From the NCBI RefSeq assembly GCF_003918875.1, contig NW_025767697.1:186001-250000 (forward strand): a stretch of DNA of 64,000 nucleotides. Direction: 5' to 3'. The notes beneath the pieces are model-generated. The model ran no database searches. It had not been told where the DNA came from and worked only from the letters and a program-made list of their open reading frames with translations. This document shows positions 52,411 through 64,000 of this stretch, in pieces. The translations under genes and the position numbers were made by a program. Source of the DNA: Haliotis rubra (Eukaryota). Numbering within the stretch: position 1 is the first letter of the stretch; each line of letters begins with the position of its first letter.

Positions 52411-54502
52411 CTATTCAGCACATAACAAGAGCAGGTCATCAGTACCATAATTCCTTTTTCTTAACCCTAACCCTAATACTGTATTGTAAATTAGACATTG
52501 CTGGTATGTGAAAATAAATAGATTTGGTGGAGAAATATCTTTCGTTTTAGAGAAAATGCATAGATTCCAACAAAGGTTAAAAGTGCATTGTAATAGAATG
52601 TTTGTACTCAATATACACATTCTACAAGCACTTCGGTTAACTATAATACTAGTACATGTACGATATTCATTGGTTCAGATTGGAATAAATCCATCTTCAT
52701 CAGAAGCATCTGGAGTCTGCGGAATATGAGTTGTCATTCCAACTGTCATGTTTTCTGTGATAATGAAAAAGGGCAAGACGTTGTTACAATATATCAGGAA
52801 ATTAGTGTCTGTATTGTTTAAGTTTCTCAAAATAAGAGCAGCATGTGTCAATCATGGAGAACTCTTCAGATGGCAAAGGATTGCCACATTGACGCATGAA
52901 ACACCTTGATATGTGCCCATCAAACTTATATTAATCTCTAAAACCTTTGCAAAAGTTACTTTGATACACATGTAAATGGCATTACTGTATTTACCTGCAA
53001 CAGGAGTGGTGATGAGAGCAATTTTCATTGTAGCAGCTGCTGTCTTCGATGTCACCTCAACCGTGGCTGTGGTAGTGACTGATACTGTATCTGTAGCTAA
53101 AACAATGTAGTACTTACTGTCACGCAAAATAAGACATTACATACACTGATCTGGAACTGGATCTAGATGCGAAAATACTCCCCTTCAAACAATGTGTGTG
53201 TCCGTCTGTCTGTCTGTNNNNNNNNNNNNNNNNNNNNNNNNNNNNNNNNNNNNNNNNNNNNNNNNNNNNNNNNNNNNNNNNNNNNNNNNNNNNNNNNNNN
53301 NNNNNNNNNNNNNNNNNNNNNNNNNNNNNNNNNNNNNNNNNNNNNNNNNNNNNNNNNNNNNNNNNNNNNNNNNNNNNNNNNNNNNNNNNNNNNNAAATGC
53401 GGATGCCAGTCGTGCATCTTCATGGTTATTTTACAGAATCAGGACAGTATGGAGGGTTTCCTTTATTTTCGGTCATTAACAAACATCGCCATGTGTTAGT
53501 GTGTGAGTAAGTGGCGTTTCAGCAGTTATAACATAGCATATGTCCTTTTGAGCGAAGTCAGTCAGGACAGGAAGCAGGTAAAGAATTGGCATTTGATGGT
53601 AGGTACGCTCTTAATCAAAATTAAATCATGATGTGGCGAACAAGTATTTTCCGAGTCATGTCACGTGATTAAAACTTTTCCTGTGTTCCTTTATTTGTTT
53701 CTGTAATTTGTTTCTGTATATATACTACCCATCCAAAGTTTAGACTCACTAGTGTAAATGTAGCCACTTACTGTTCCAAACTAGATCTTGCAAAATATTC
53801 CATACTGTTTGTAGGTACTGGTTACACATGAACTGATGTATTGTAAAAAGAATTCGTATCATTGAAAAGATTATTGTCATACGTTCAATAAATGATAAAG
53901 ATCAGTGAAAACTTTACACCAAAACGCAGCTGTTCACATTCACGATATTTGAACATGCTTTTCAGCAATTGGAAGCATTTGAATTACATGTACATCGTAG
54001 ATGAATTTCTCCACCAACTTGGGGGTACCAACTGCAACATTATATGTATATATAAATAAAAGTATATAAGTGAGTCGAAATGTTTGATTGGTAGCATACA
54101 TTTACATGAAATAAGAACGATCTGTGACATAAAACAACAGAGATGCAGCTTAAAATTAAATGAAAACAGAATTATACTTACTAACAACACTTATCCACAC
54201 GTTTGATCTATCATTGCCTCCGTCGTAAGGTATTGCAACTTCTGAATACTGTTCTCTCAGTTTTCTGTTGTATAGTTTTGTGTTCACATTTGACCATTGT
54301 TTATTGCCGTTGCCTGAAATGATCAAGTTTCCCCCATTCAAACGCTGCTCAACCAGTGTCACTTGGATACCCTTGCCAGTGATCGTCACCACAAAGCTTT
54401 TATTCAGCCCAACACTGTACAGGGTAGCCTGGGGGTGGAGGTACACAGACTCGTCTGCTGCTGCGATGATGGTGTCCTGAGCCGCAGATCCGTCCATACG
54501 AT
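52411..54502 (-). pseudogene. Gene F upstream exons: divergent CUB, mucin and degenerate TM
   Basis: CUB-like 54182-54502 is open but lacks Cys. Mucin 52995-53096 is open. Exon about 52662-52754 has an in-frame TGA. A TM-like remnant at about 52411-52500 is frameshifted. A gap lies inside the interval. Confidence 0.55.
53218..53394. other. Assembly gap (N run)
   Basis: Run of n following a (ctgt)n microsatellite. Confidence 1.
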
Positions 54503-54849
54503 CTGCACGCATAAGATAAGCTGAAGAACATCCCTTTTGTTAAAAGTTGATTTACGACGCTGTCGATATGTTGACATAACTATTTTAAAACTATAACAGC
54601 ACGTACTAATGCTCGTGTTTGCTTCCACTGGGTTTAGGATTTGCTGAATTGTTCGGACTTAATCATTTGGATTTCTTCCTTATTTAAGGGAATGTGTAGG
54701 AGAAGGGTCGAATTAACTAGAGGGGGATATTGCACGAAAGATACAACCTGAATTTGAGGATCATGTAGAAGTGTTACATAAATCGAGGGTAGCAAAAGAT
54801 GATCATAATGTATTGAAATATCCTTTTGGATTATGTCATTGTAAAAGAG

Positions 54850-54868
54850 TGATATAGATATAGATATA

Positions 54869-54921
<53 letters not shown>
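54850..54921. repeat. (TA)n microsatellite
   Basis: Seen directly in the sequence. Confidence 0.95.
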
Positions 54922-54925
<4 letters not shown>

Positions 54926-56541
54926 TCAATAATAAAATGATATATCACATTATGAAATTAGGTTATATGGTGAGTAAATAGATAGATGTCGTGGTTACTT
55001 TTCATTCATTTAGACCATCCAGGTGAATAGTTGTGTATGTGCACGTGTTTCTGACGGGGTGCACCACAGGTGAGTGGTATAGGTTCAGCTTTTTATGAAC
55101 ATCTTGTATCATACGTTTTAACTATATGATGGTGATCTTTAATCAGTTATTCAAGATCGTACAATTATGCACAGGGTTATAGTGTCCACAATTAACATTT
55201 GTTGTTACAATTACCACACTGTTCAAGCATAAACTAGTTTACCTACCTGCATTTATCGACTCATACACGCGGCGCGTACTAGATTTCTGTTTCATATTCT
55301 ATCGCATGATTGACATAAATTAATCAAAGGTCATAATTTGTATATTTAACAGGTGTGTATCCCTAATATCAATGATATGACTTTTTGTATCGGTTGTAAG
55401 TCCCATCGGTCTAAGTAATGCCTTACATCAAATGATGTGTCTTGGTTCCTCCTGTCGCAAATTAGATGTACATACGTAAGTTTTATTATCTTAAAGCTAT
55501 TCTGTCTCTAACACAAATCCCATCCCCACCCCTTTCAGCATATCAGTTGGTCAGTCCCTAATGTGAAATCACACTAATTGCGTGGTAAATATAATTTGTA
55601 ATTTAACGAAAAAGTACGGTCCATTGAATGTGATGTCTAAACGTATTGTTCGTGATCATTCTTCATGCGGATTTATTTTGTAGATGTTTTGTGTATCTAT
55701 TCACTTGTAACAGTCTTTGGAGTAGTCAGCGCCGTGGTTGACTTGTATCTTGTTGAATTGTATCTCGTCGAGATTTGTGGCGTACTGTTCCTTTGAGACG
55801 AAATGTACTGTTGAACGACAATTCCTTGAAACATGATTCGAAAGGTTTACGATATACACATGAAAAAGACATATGTTGACATATGGTGTTGTTCTTAATA
55901 CTGTGACAAGATTTTGTGAACGGTTCAAACGACATTCATTACTGTAAACTGTTGAGTTTAATTACGCCGCCCGTACATCACAATGTTCGGTATTATATAT
56001 ATTACTGTTCATAAGACCATCTGACTACGTTGTCACATAGTTTCAGAATCTTTCATAAATTATTGGATAGTGTGTCGGAAGCTCACAGATAGTGGACATA
56101 ACTTTCCGCAGGCTAAACTTGTCTATATAAACGATGAGAACTGGGTTAATGAAATTGACTTTATATTTCAGATTCTAAGTGCTCTACTTTCTTGTAAACT
56201 ACGCATGGATGCAAAGCATTCTCAGAACTCTTAGAATATGACCTGCACAACTAGTTAGTAAATCAAGTTCACACGTTGTATCATCGTGCCAAATTTTAAA
56301 CTCGCGATCCTTTGTATTTATAATGGTCTGCTATCACAAGAATATATTGTAATTGCTACTAATTCTTCGTTAAAAGCAACTCAGTATATTTCAGTATTTT
56401 TCTGTATTCGTTCTTGCTAGTTTTTCAGTCCTATATTTGTTGGTTTGTTTTTATAAACAAAAACCTTGTACGCAATGAATGCATGCACATGAATCTCGTC
56501 TGGTCGAAAGTAGTGTGAACCAACAAACAACGCGGAAATAT

Positions 56542-58074
56542 ACTGAGTCAAAAAAGAAACTTCACATTCTTTCTTCAGGGCACTATAAAAGAACAAGAAA
56601 TGGTAAGATGGTTAAATTGTTATTATTTCAATGCTGAGATCTGTGTGATGTACTCGATACACTGACAGTGCCATAATCAGTTCCATTAGGCTACACCGCC
56701 GTTCCAAAACATGGGTATACAGAATGTCAAGTCACAAGAATAAAAATTCGAAATTTCTCAGTTCAATATCGTGTATGGCCGCCCCGCGCATTCATTCACC
56801 ACTGCCAAACACCGTCTCCTCATCGACTGCCTGATGCTTGTGAACACGTGGTTGGGGATTCTGCGCCATTGCTTTTGCAAGGCAGCGCCAAGTTCCTGCA
56901 AATTCTGAGGTTGGTTCCTAAGACCACGAAGCCTTCTCCCAAGTGCATCCCAAACGTGCTCTCTATTGATTAAGGTCAGGGGACCTCGATGGCCAGTCCA
57001 TGACGTTGATTCCAGCGTTTTGAAGGAAATTTCGTGTCAACATCGCGGTATGCGGCCGAGCATTATCATGCTGGAACTGTAGACCTGGGCCATGAGCCGC
57101 CATGAAAGGAACGAGTTCAGGGGTGAGCACCTGGTCGCGGTAAGCAGCAGCTGTGAGGTTTCCACGGATGACCAGAAGTCGGGAACGGTTGTTCCCACAG
57201 AAAGCACCCCACACCATGCAACTTCCGCCCCGAATCTGTCGACTTCCTGTACACAACATTGGGCATACCGTTCACGACGTCGTCTCCAGACTCTATGCCT
57301 GCCGTCCGCGAATCTGAGGGTAAACCTGATTCATCGCTAAAGACGACTCGATTCCAGTCTCTCTGGGTCCATCGGAGGTGACGTTGGGCCCACAGCAGAC
57401 GTTGACGTTGATGAAACGGCGTCAATATTGGCCCACGATATGGACGTCGAGAATGGAGATTGGCAGCCCGCAACCGATTTCGAATGGTCTGTGAGGACAG
57501 TCGACCTCTAAACATCTCAGCCCTGGTTCGTGTAGCCGGCAGAAATCTGTCACGTAGGTGACGTAGGACGATTTGACGGTCTTCTGCTCGTGACGTCACA
57601 CGTGGACGACCCGACCTTGGGCGATCAGAAGTGGTGCCAGTTTGTTGTAGACGACCTCGCAAGTCATACACAGTACGACGGCTGCATCCCATTGCTCTTG
57701 CGACGTCAATAACTGATCTTCCCGCTTGCAACATGCCAACGGCACGTTCACGCTGCACATTTGACAATCGTGGCATTTCAAGTACCGTTAGAACTGTGGT
57801 TTAAAAGTGCTTTTTCAATTCTTGAGGCCAATGCAAACACGTGCATATGAAGAAAACTTCGATGCGAAGATCACGTGATCGACTGCACGTGCAAAACCTG
57901 ATTTGGCACTAACGTCATTTGCACGACGAATGGATGGGTTTGAGTGGGTTTTGCTAACGTTTTTCTAGAGTCGAAAGATAGGGATCCCATTTCGGATACA
58001 TAGATGTATCATCAGAGAAAAATTATTCATTATTTTTCAAATTACATTTTGTGAAGTTTCTTTTTTGACTCAGT
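56542..58074 (-). mobile_element. Tc1/mariner DNA transposon (DD34E), full length, frameshifted transposase
   Basis: 25-bp TIRs actgagtcaaaaaagaaacttcaca, TA-flanked. Transposase 57776 to about 56763: MPRLS..RERAVGML, RSGRPRVT, VFSDES, FQHDNARPH, WPSRSPDLN(P)IE, GHTRY*. Confidence 0.95.
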
Positions 58075-59133
58075 TATGCAGTTCTGGTTGTATGTACTAA
58101 AGCTCTGTTCTCAAGGAACGTAAACATTGTATCGACTTTAAATTACTGATATACTACATAGCGACTGTGTATTTACATGCGATAGAAGAATATGGTGTGC
58201 ACACACCGTGAAGAAATGCGTATAGTTACGTATGGTTACCTGTGTCTGTTATTAAAACGGTTGTTGATACCATCGTCGTTGATTTGGAAGGCCACCGTGT
58301 TGCTTTACTCATTGTCGAGTTAGTAGTATGTCCATGCGTAGATGTAGTGGTCGTAAAAGACGCTGCAACTAAGGATACTAGAGAAGTTATGCTAGCTTTG
58401 TTTGTTTTCTTTCATGTATTATCTTTTCGATGACATTTTTCAAATGTATTAAATAACAGGTACATCCGTGCAAGGAAAGATGTAGATACATAATTAAACC
58501 TAATTCAAAAGCATTGTTGTTGCTATGCAATGAAAAGATACCGAAACAGCATTCGACCACAATCGTTTAAAGTATCATGCACATCAATAATGTTCACACT
58601 CATACAGAAGAAACACACTACTAATACACGTATGGAGGTAAATATCCCATGTAAGCTTCTGAAAACGTTTGACGTATAATTAAGGTCATACAAAGTCAGC
58701 ATACATTCACCAATTGCAGTAGACTGTGTACTTGCCGCTGTTTCAGTTGTTGTGTCCAAAGTACTTGGACCGGATGTACTCTGTGAACGTGACGGCTGCT
58801 GTATTGACGTGGGTGTGGTTGATGCATCCAGTATTTCACCGGTGACCGTTATGTTCATTCGGCCTGAATCTATGAACAAGGTTTGGTTACAGCAGTTCTA
58901 GGTCCGAGTTATGTGTTTATCTTTAAGACAATTCTAGCGTGATACAGAGTTATATGTCATGTGAACAATGTACTGAAGAATCGGTTTCAATAACAATTAC
59001 AGTGAACACAGTAAATTAATTGTAGTTAGGAAGGTATCAGCTCGCATTTCTTGTTAGTTTATTAGTTAGCTAAATACATCGACTAATACTTATCATATGG
59101 GACACGCCAAAAGATTGTTTGATTAATACACAC

Positions 59134-59448
59134 CAGCAACTTTGATCCACAGGTTTGATCCATCATGATCATGGTTATCGTAGACTATAACTATTTCGGC
59201 ATCTGTTCTGTGTAATACCCTGTTGTACAGGACCATGTTCCCGTTTGTCCAGAGTTGTCTCCCGTCACAAGAGATGTTAAGCAACCCTGACTTCATCCGC
59301 TGTTCAACCAATGTTACTTGTAAAGTCTGCCCTGTGATCCTAACAACACAGCTGCTGTTCACACCGACACTGTCAGGGAAGCCGGGAGAATGGAGGTACA
59401 CCGACCCGGTTACTATTGTTGTGACTGGACTACACATGTTCATACTAC
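59134..59448 (-). CDS. Gene E CUB-like exon (open)
   Basis: 315 nt, highly similar to the A, C and D exons. Confidence 0.7.
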
Positions 59449-62400
59449 CTGAAACATATGACAAGTAGAACAAACGTTATGATTACTGTTTACTGTTGTT
59501 TCTTCCGATAACAAAGCTATGTATCGTTAAATGTGTATTTTTGTACGGCGGAAGTCACTCGGCTTAAACATTTCTTCGTATCGTAACTGATAAATGCTAC
59601 CTTAAGCTATTGATGAAACGTTGTGACTTCATATCACAAAAGGAAACATCGACCCAACGCCAGTGAATATCCAGTTTCTCTAAAGTCACGTAACATTCCT
59701 CGTGAATGTGTCAGTTAGCATTCTCTCGATTTTTTTTGGTCAAAATCAATACCTGAGGCAAACGGAAAGCATTCAAGCGACTGATGCTCAGGTACATATG
59801 TCACTAGTTGCCATTAAAAAACAGACTGAGTGCTTAACACTTGTGGCAATAAAAGAACATTGGCATATGAACAGAGGATGACGTAAAGAAATTGTAGACA
59901 CTGACAAAATACCAACAAACTTGTATACTATTTATTATTGTGTCAATCGAAATTTATAATCAGAGCTATTTGGTTTATCAGATGAACATGATGTTAAATG
60001 TAAGATTATATGTATGGCATAAATATCGTTTAATCTTATAAAACACTCGTGAAGATCTGGATTAGAATGGGGTCTTTAGCAACCCATGCTTGTCGTACGA
60101 AAAGTACTATGTGTCTCTATCAATCTTATGGGAACTAATGATTTGACTGAATGAAACATCGATCGAATTGTGCGAACTGATGTCGAGAAATAGGGATGAG
60201 TATGTGGATACTTGTTTTGCCTCCAGCCTGAAGTGTTAACGCACATACGTAATATATTTCGGAGACAGGATGATGATGTAATCTGAGGCGCCACACTTGT
60301 CAGAATTCGAATACCAAAATGACTTAAACTGATTTGCAGGTAGCAAAAGTAATATAAGTCCCCATAGTTCCTAGTATGGTGATCTACCTTCCGTTGTTGG
60401 CGATCTATAGCCCGTTTTTATATTGTATTGTCTTCGTAAATAAAATAGTTTTACATGTTCATGCTATTTTTTAGACTCCATCTATGATATTTTAGTTATT
60501 TTACAGTCCTTCGATGACTGATTATTTAGCAACTTTAATTTATTGTTTATGTAAAACATTTCTCATCACGATATGGCTGAAATATTGCCGATGTGACGTT
60601 AAATTCTAACTCACTCACTCACTTAAACTGATTTAATATTTTTGTTACAACCTTCATTAATACACATTGACAGGTCGACAGGTAACACCAGGTCCAGTGA
60701 TAGTTCCATGTTTCAGAATCTTGTTAGATTGTAAGTGTACCATTCCTTTGTTGTCCCAAAATGCTTAGCTTTCAGTTTAGTGGTGGCTTTCACATCATAT
60801 CCATAAGTGGCGACTTACGGGATCGGGTGGTCAGCCTCGCTGACTTGGTTGACACATGTCACAGTAGATTGATGCTCATTCTGTTTATCAGTGGGCTGTC
60901 TTGTCCAGACTCCATTATTTAGAGACCGCAACCACATAGCTGGGATATTTGTAGTTTTACAAACAAACAAAACTATTAAACCTTAATGTGAGTGGAATTA
61001 ATATGTAAAGAATAATTATTGAGTAACATAATATATCAAAACAATTCATTCTGGGGGGATAAGGATGACGGCTGGTACAATGTTGAAGCGTAGAGCATGT
61101 CAAAGCGTCAGTCTGTGACTGGTTGATGTGAAACTGTGAATCCGAGAAAGTCAATTAGTTAAAGATCTTGTATTTATTGAATAAAATAGACATATAATTA
61201 ACGACCAGACGTAAACCAAGTCTTCTTAGTCAGATCAGTACTCCTTACTTACAGACATATTTCACGGTCTGTACTGAAAGGGATGAGAGTAGAGTGAAAA
61301 TATATTTCAGCTGCGGACAGAATCAAACGAGCCTTGGTCAATATTTCTGTAAGAGATTAATTAATTTTAATAAATTGTACATTTGAAGAAATATGGTATC
61401 TATTAAGTTTGACAATAAGGTTGTCATGAAAAATCTACCTTTATGTCGATGTAAACAAAACCGGCGAGATGGTATTTCCTTTTCCCTGCTGACCTTTAAA
61501 TGGGGTACCTATTTGTACATACAGTCCAGTTGCTGCATCAAAGGGGAACGTGAAATGTGTCGCAACGTGTATTAACCCTTGACGTCACTGTATTGTAGCA
61601 GTAATACGTCGTCAGTAAAATAACGCTGCACTTGAGATATCTTAGGAAATACGTAGATCTACACACGTTAACTGATTGACAATTAACGCACTGACATAAA
61701 GACATTAATATTATGGTTTTCTTTTTTTGTTTGTATGGTTAAAATATTTTTAAAGTTTCGAATGAAATGTATGCTATAATTTATACAATGTCATATATAC
61801 TGTATATTATGTAATGTCATGAATGTTTTGGGTTTGTTTGCTGTTTCACGTCGTATTCAGGAGTATTTTGTCTTTATAACAGCGGTCTGTAAGATTTGGA
61901 CCAATTCGGGGATTGATATCATGAACCTCGATCTACGCAAATTGGATAAAATAACCCATAACAGCTGGTATGGGCTGGCGAAGACTAATTCCAACGCGGA
62001 TCTACTATACCTTTGTACTTTTATCTAACACAGTGAATGATTTCATGCTTCCATAATTAAGTTTTGTATGACCGTTGCACATATCTCCCAAGTTTTTTCT
62101 ATTCTAAGACTACACTGAGAATGGTTTAACATTCTTTGTACAGATCAGCAGACATCCTCAACTCAATTTTTATGATACACTTATAATGCATTTCAGTAGC
62201 AATATCACTAAATTTTGTAATTTTTGAGACTGATACATTCGTGGGTGTAATTCATCGAGTTTGTGGGAACGAGTGGTTGACAGCACGAGCAACAAGCCGT
62301 AGAGGGGCTAAACACATGTGTCATTGAATGTATTGTGATATGCTGACAAGGACAAGGGCAGCATAGGTTATGTACATTGTGTACGTCTCGGTCGAATGTC

Positions 62401-62964
62401 GAAAGATGTGGTGCATCAGGCATGCAGGCATATGAAATTCACGTCTCACCTTTAATACAGTTGTACTTTACTTCAGCAGCAGCAGCAGCGGTAATTTTGC
62501 AGTTGTTGATGGGCTGTACCTGCATGTCTTCACGACATGACGGCTTCCCATTACAGTTCACAACCAGGCCAGACTGGCTGCTAGCGAGGAGCTTACTACA
62601 AGCGTGGGCAGATTTCAGACGACATGTCGCTGCATCTCCATCCCCGTACACCTCTTGCACGACATGTATCCGATCATCGACAGAGCACTGAAGCTGTACT
62701 GTAAAGACTTTCGTCAAATCTTCTATACATCTGTTTCCAGACACCTTTGAATATAATGTAATATCGTTCAGTCAAACACACTTGATACCATACACTCAAA
62801 GATATTACTCCAATCGGAGGTAAAATACTGTTTGTTTGTTTGTTTTTGCTCCCTAAAACATCTTTGAGACATACATACATGTAATTCTTTGTGATATGAA
62901 ACATTATTAAATCAATCAATTACAGCTGAAAACTAAATTTCCCAATAATATTTACATTTTACAT

Positions 62965-64000
62965 TGATATACATTTATATAGCGCTAATATCCAGTCTTG
63001 AGAAGACTGCTCAAGAGCGCTGCTGAACTCCGTATGCAATACTGAACAAATGAGTTTTTAATCTGGATTTGAAAGTAGTGAATGTCTGTACTGATCGAAG
63101 AGAGAGGGGTAATTTGTTCCACAATACTGGGCCGACAACCTGAAAAGACCTTTCACCAAATGTCTTGGTCCGACTGACTACTGTCTGGCACATGTGTTGT
63201 TGTGATGACCTCAGATGGCGTGTTGGTTGATATTCTTGCACAAGGTGTGAGAGAAAAAACTGGTGCCGTGTTGTGCAAGACTTTGAACATCAATACCAAT
63301 ATTTTGTAATGGATACGTTTTCGGATGGGTAACCAGTGCAATGTCATCATAACTGGTGTTATATGCTCTGTACATGTCTTCTTTGTGCGTGTCACAACTC
63401 GGACAGCTGAGTTCTGGAGTCTCTGTAACTTGCTCAGAAGATATTATGGAATCCCCTGCAACAGCAGAGCATTGCAATAGTCAACCGAGATACTACATAT
63501 ATTTTGCATCAATGTTTGCAGCAGTTTGCTGGTTGATGTACTTCCTGATTAAGCCTATGTTGCGGATGAAATAGTAGGCATTCTTGCACATTTTATTGAC
63601 GTGCTTTTCATGGCTAATAGTGTATCAAATATCACCCCAAAGACTGCGAGCATGATCAGTGGGTTCAATGATACACTCATTAATTTCAGGTAGTGTAGAA
63701 ACCAACCTTTGTCGTGTTGAGCTTGAGACAGAGAATGAGCATTTCTGTTTTGTCTTGATTCAGCTTCAGGAAATGTCTGGTCATCCATTTTGGATATCAG
63801 CAATACAATTTTGAATTGCCAAACATGTCAGCATGCATCGCAGGATGACGACTTCTGCAGAGGCTTGAAACCTAGGTAGAATTGGGTATCTCTGCGTACA
63901 ACCACAAGTGAAAACAAAGGTTATTGTGATCAGGCTATGTCTCAAGTGGTGATGTATAAATGACAAACAGAATCGGACCGAGAGGACTGACCTTGAGGAG
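62965..64000 (-). mobile_element. L2/CR1-clade LINE 3' fragment, degenerate
   Basis: EHITPVMMTLHWLPIRKRIHYKILVLMFK, GERSFQVVGPVLWNKLP and FKSRLKTHLF. L2-type 3' end gcgctatataaatg. Confidence 0.85.

Larger units (their letters stand above)
55705..62744 (-). pseudogene. Gene E: SUEL (8-nt deletion)-CUB-mucin exons; own TM and tail missing
   Basis: SUEL 62450-62744 (295 nt, frameshift at the 5' end); CUB 59134-59448; open mucin exons 58711-58863 and 58240-58362; deleted exon remnant about 55705-55745. Intron homology to gene A stops at about 54970. The first exon is not in the window. Confidence 0.7.

Noticed and set aside
52462-52476. Telomere-like (TTAGGG)2
   Set aside because: Only about two units; consistent with chance.
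53163-53510. ORFs containing X runs
   Set aside because: Artefacts of translating the N gap.

Overview
Eukaryotic, AT-rich, intron-containing DNA. Its short interspersed repeats resemble abalone (Haliotis)/gastropod repeats; this organism call is an inference from recalled repeat sequence. The ORF track shows only fragments, but reading GT-AG splice sites and intron phases reveals a tandem cluster of paralogous type I membrane receptor genes on the minus strand. Their architecture is signal peptide, SUEL/rhamnose-binding-lectin-like domain (8 Cys), CUB-like domain, Ser/Thr mucin stalk, TM helix and Tyr-motif cytoplasmic tail. Copies: A (8280-17981, reconstructs to about 849 aa), C (28467-37050, pseudogene), D (40381-48710), and E/F (50936-62744, chimeric or degenerate), plus orphan tail exons near 3.3 kb and 38.5 kb. 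Very similar ectodomains are joined to two unrelated tail classes: long acidic tails with repeated M-x-x-N-x-x-Y motifs (A, F) and short tails with YxxI-x12-YxxI plus two YxN motifs (D; disrupted in C). This is a paired-receptor-like arrangement. Three of four lectin exons carry different frameshifts, while all four main CUB exons are intact. Head-to-head with gene A, on the plus strand, is gene B (21124-25537), a mucin-stalk-only membrane protein with a Tyr-rich ITAM/ITSM-like tail. The rest is transposon debris (Tc1 DD34E, Penelope, L1/Tx1-like and L2 LINE fragments, tRNA-SINEs, a solo LTR, MITEs, Crypton-like palindromic elements) and one assembly gap. All gene models were built by hand and have no transcript support.
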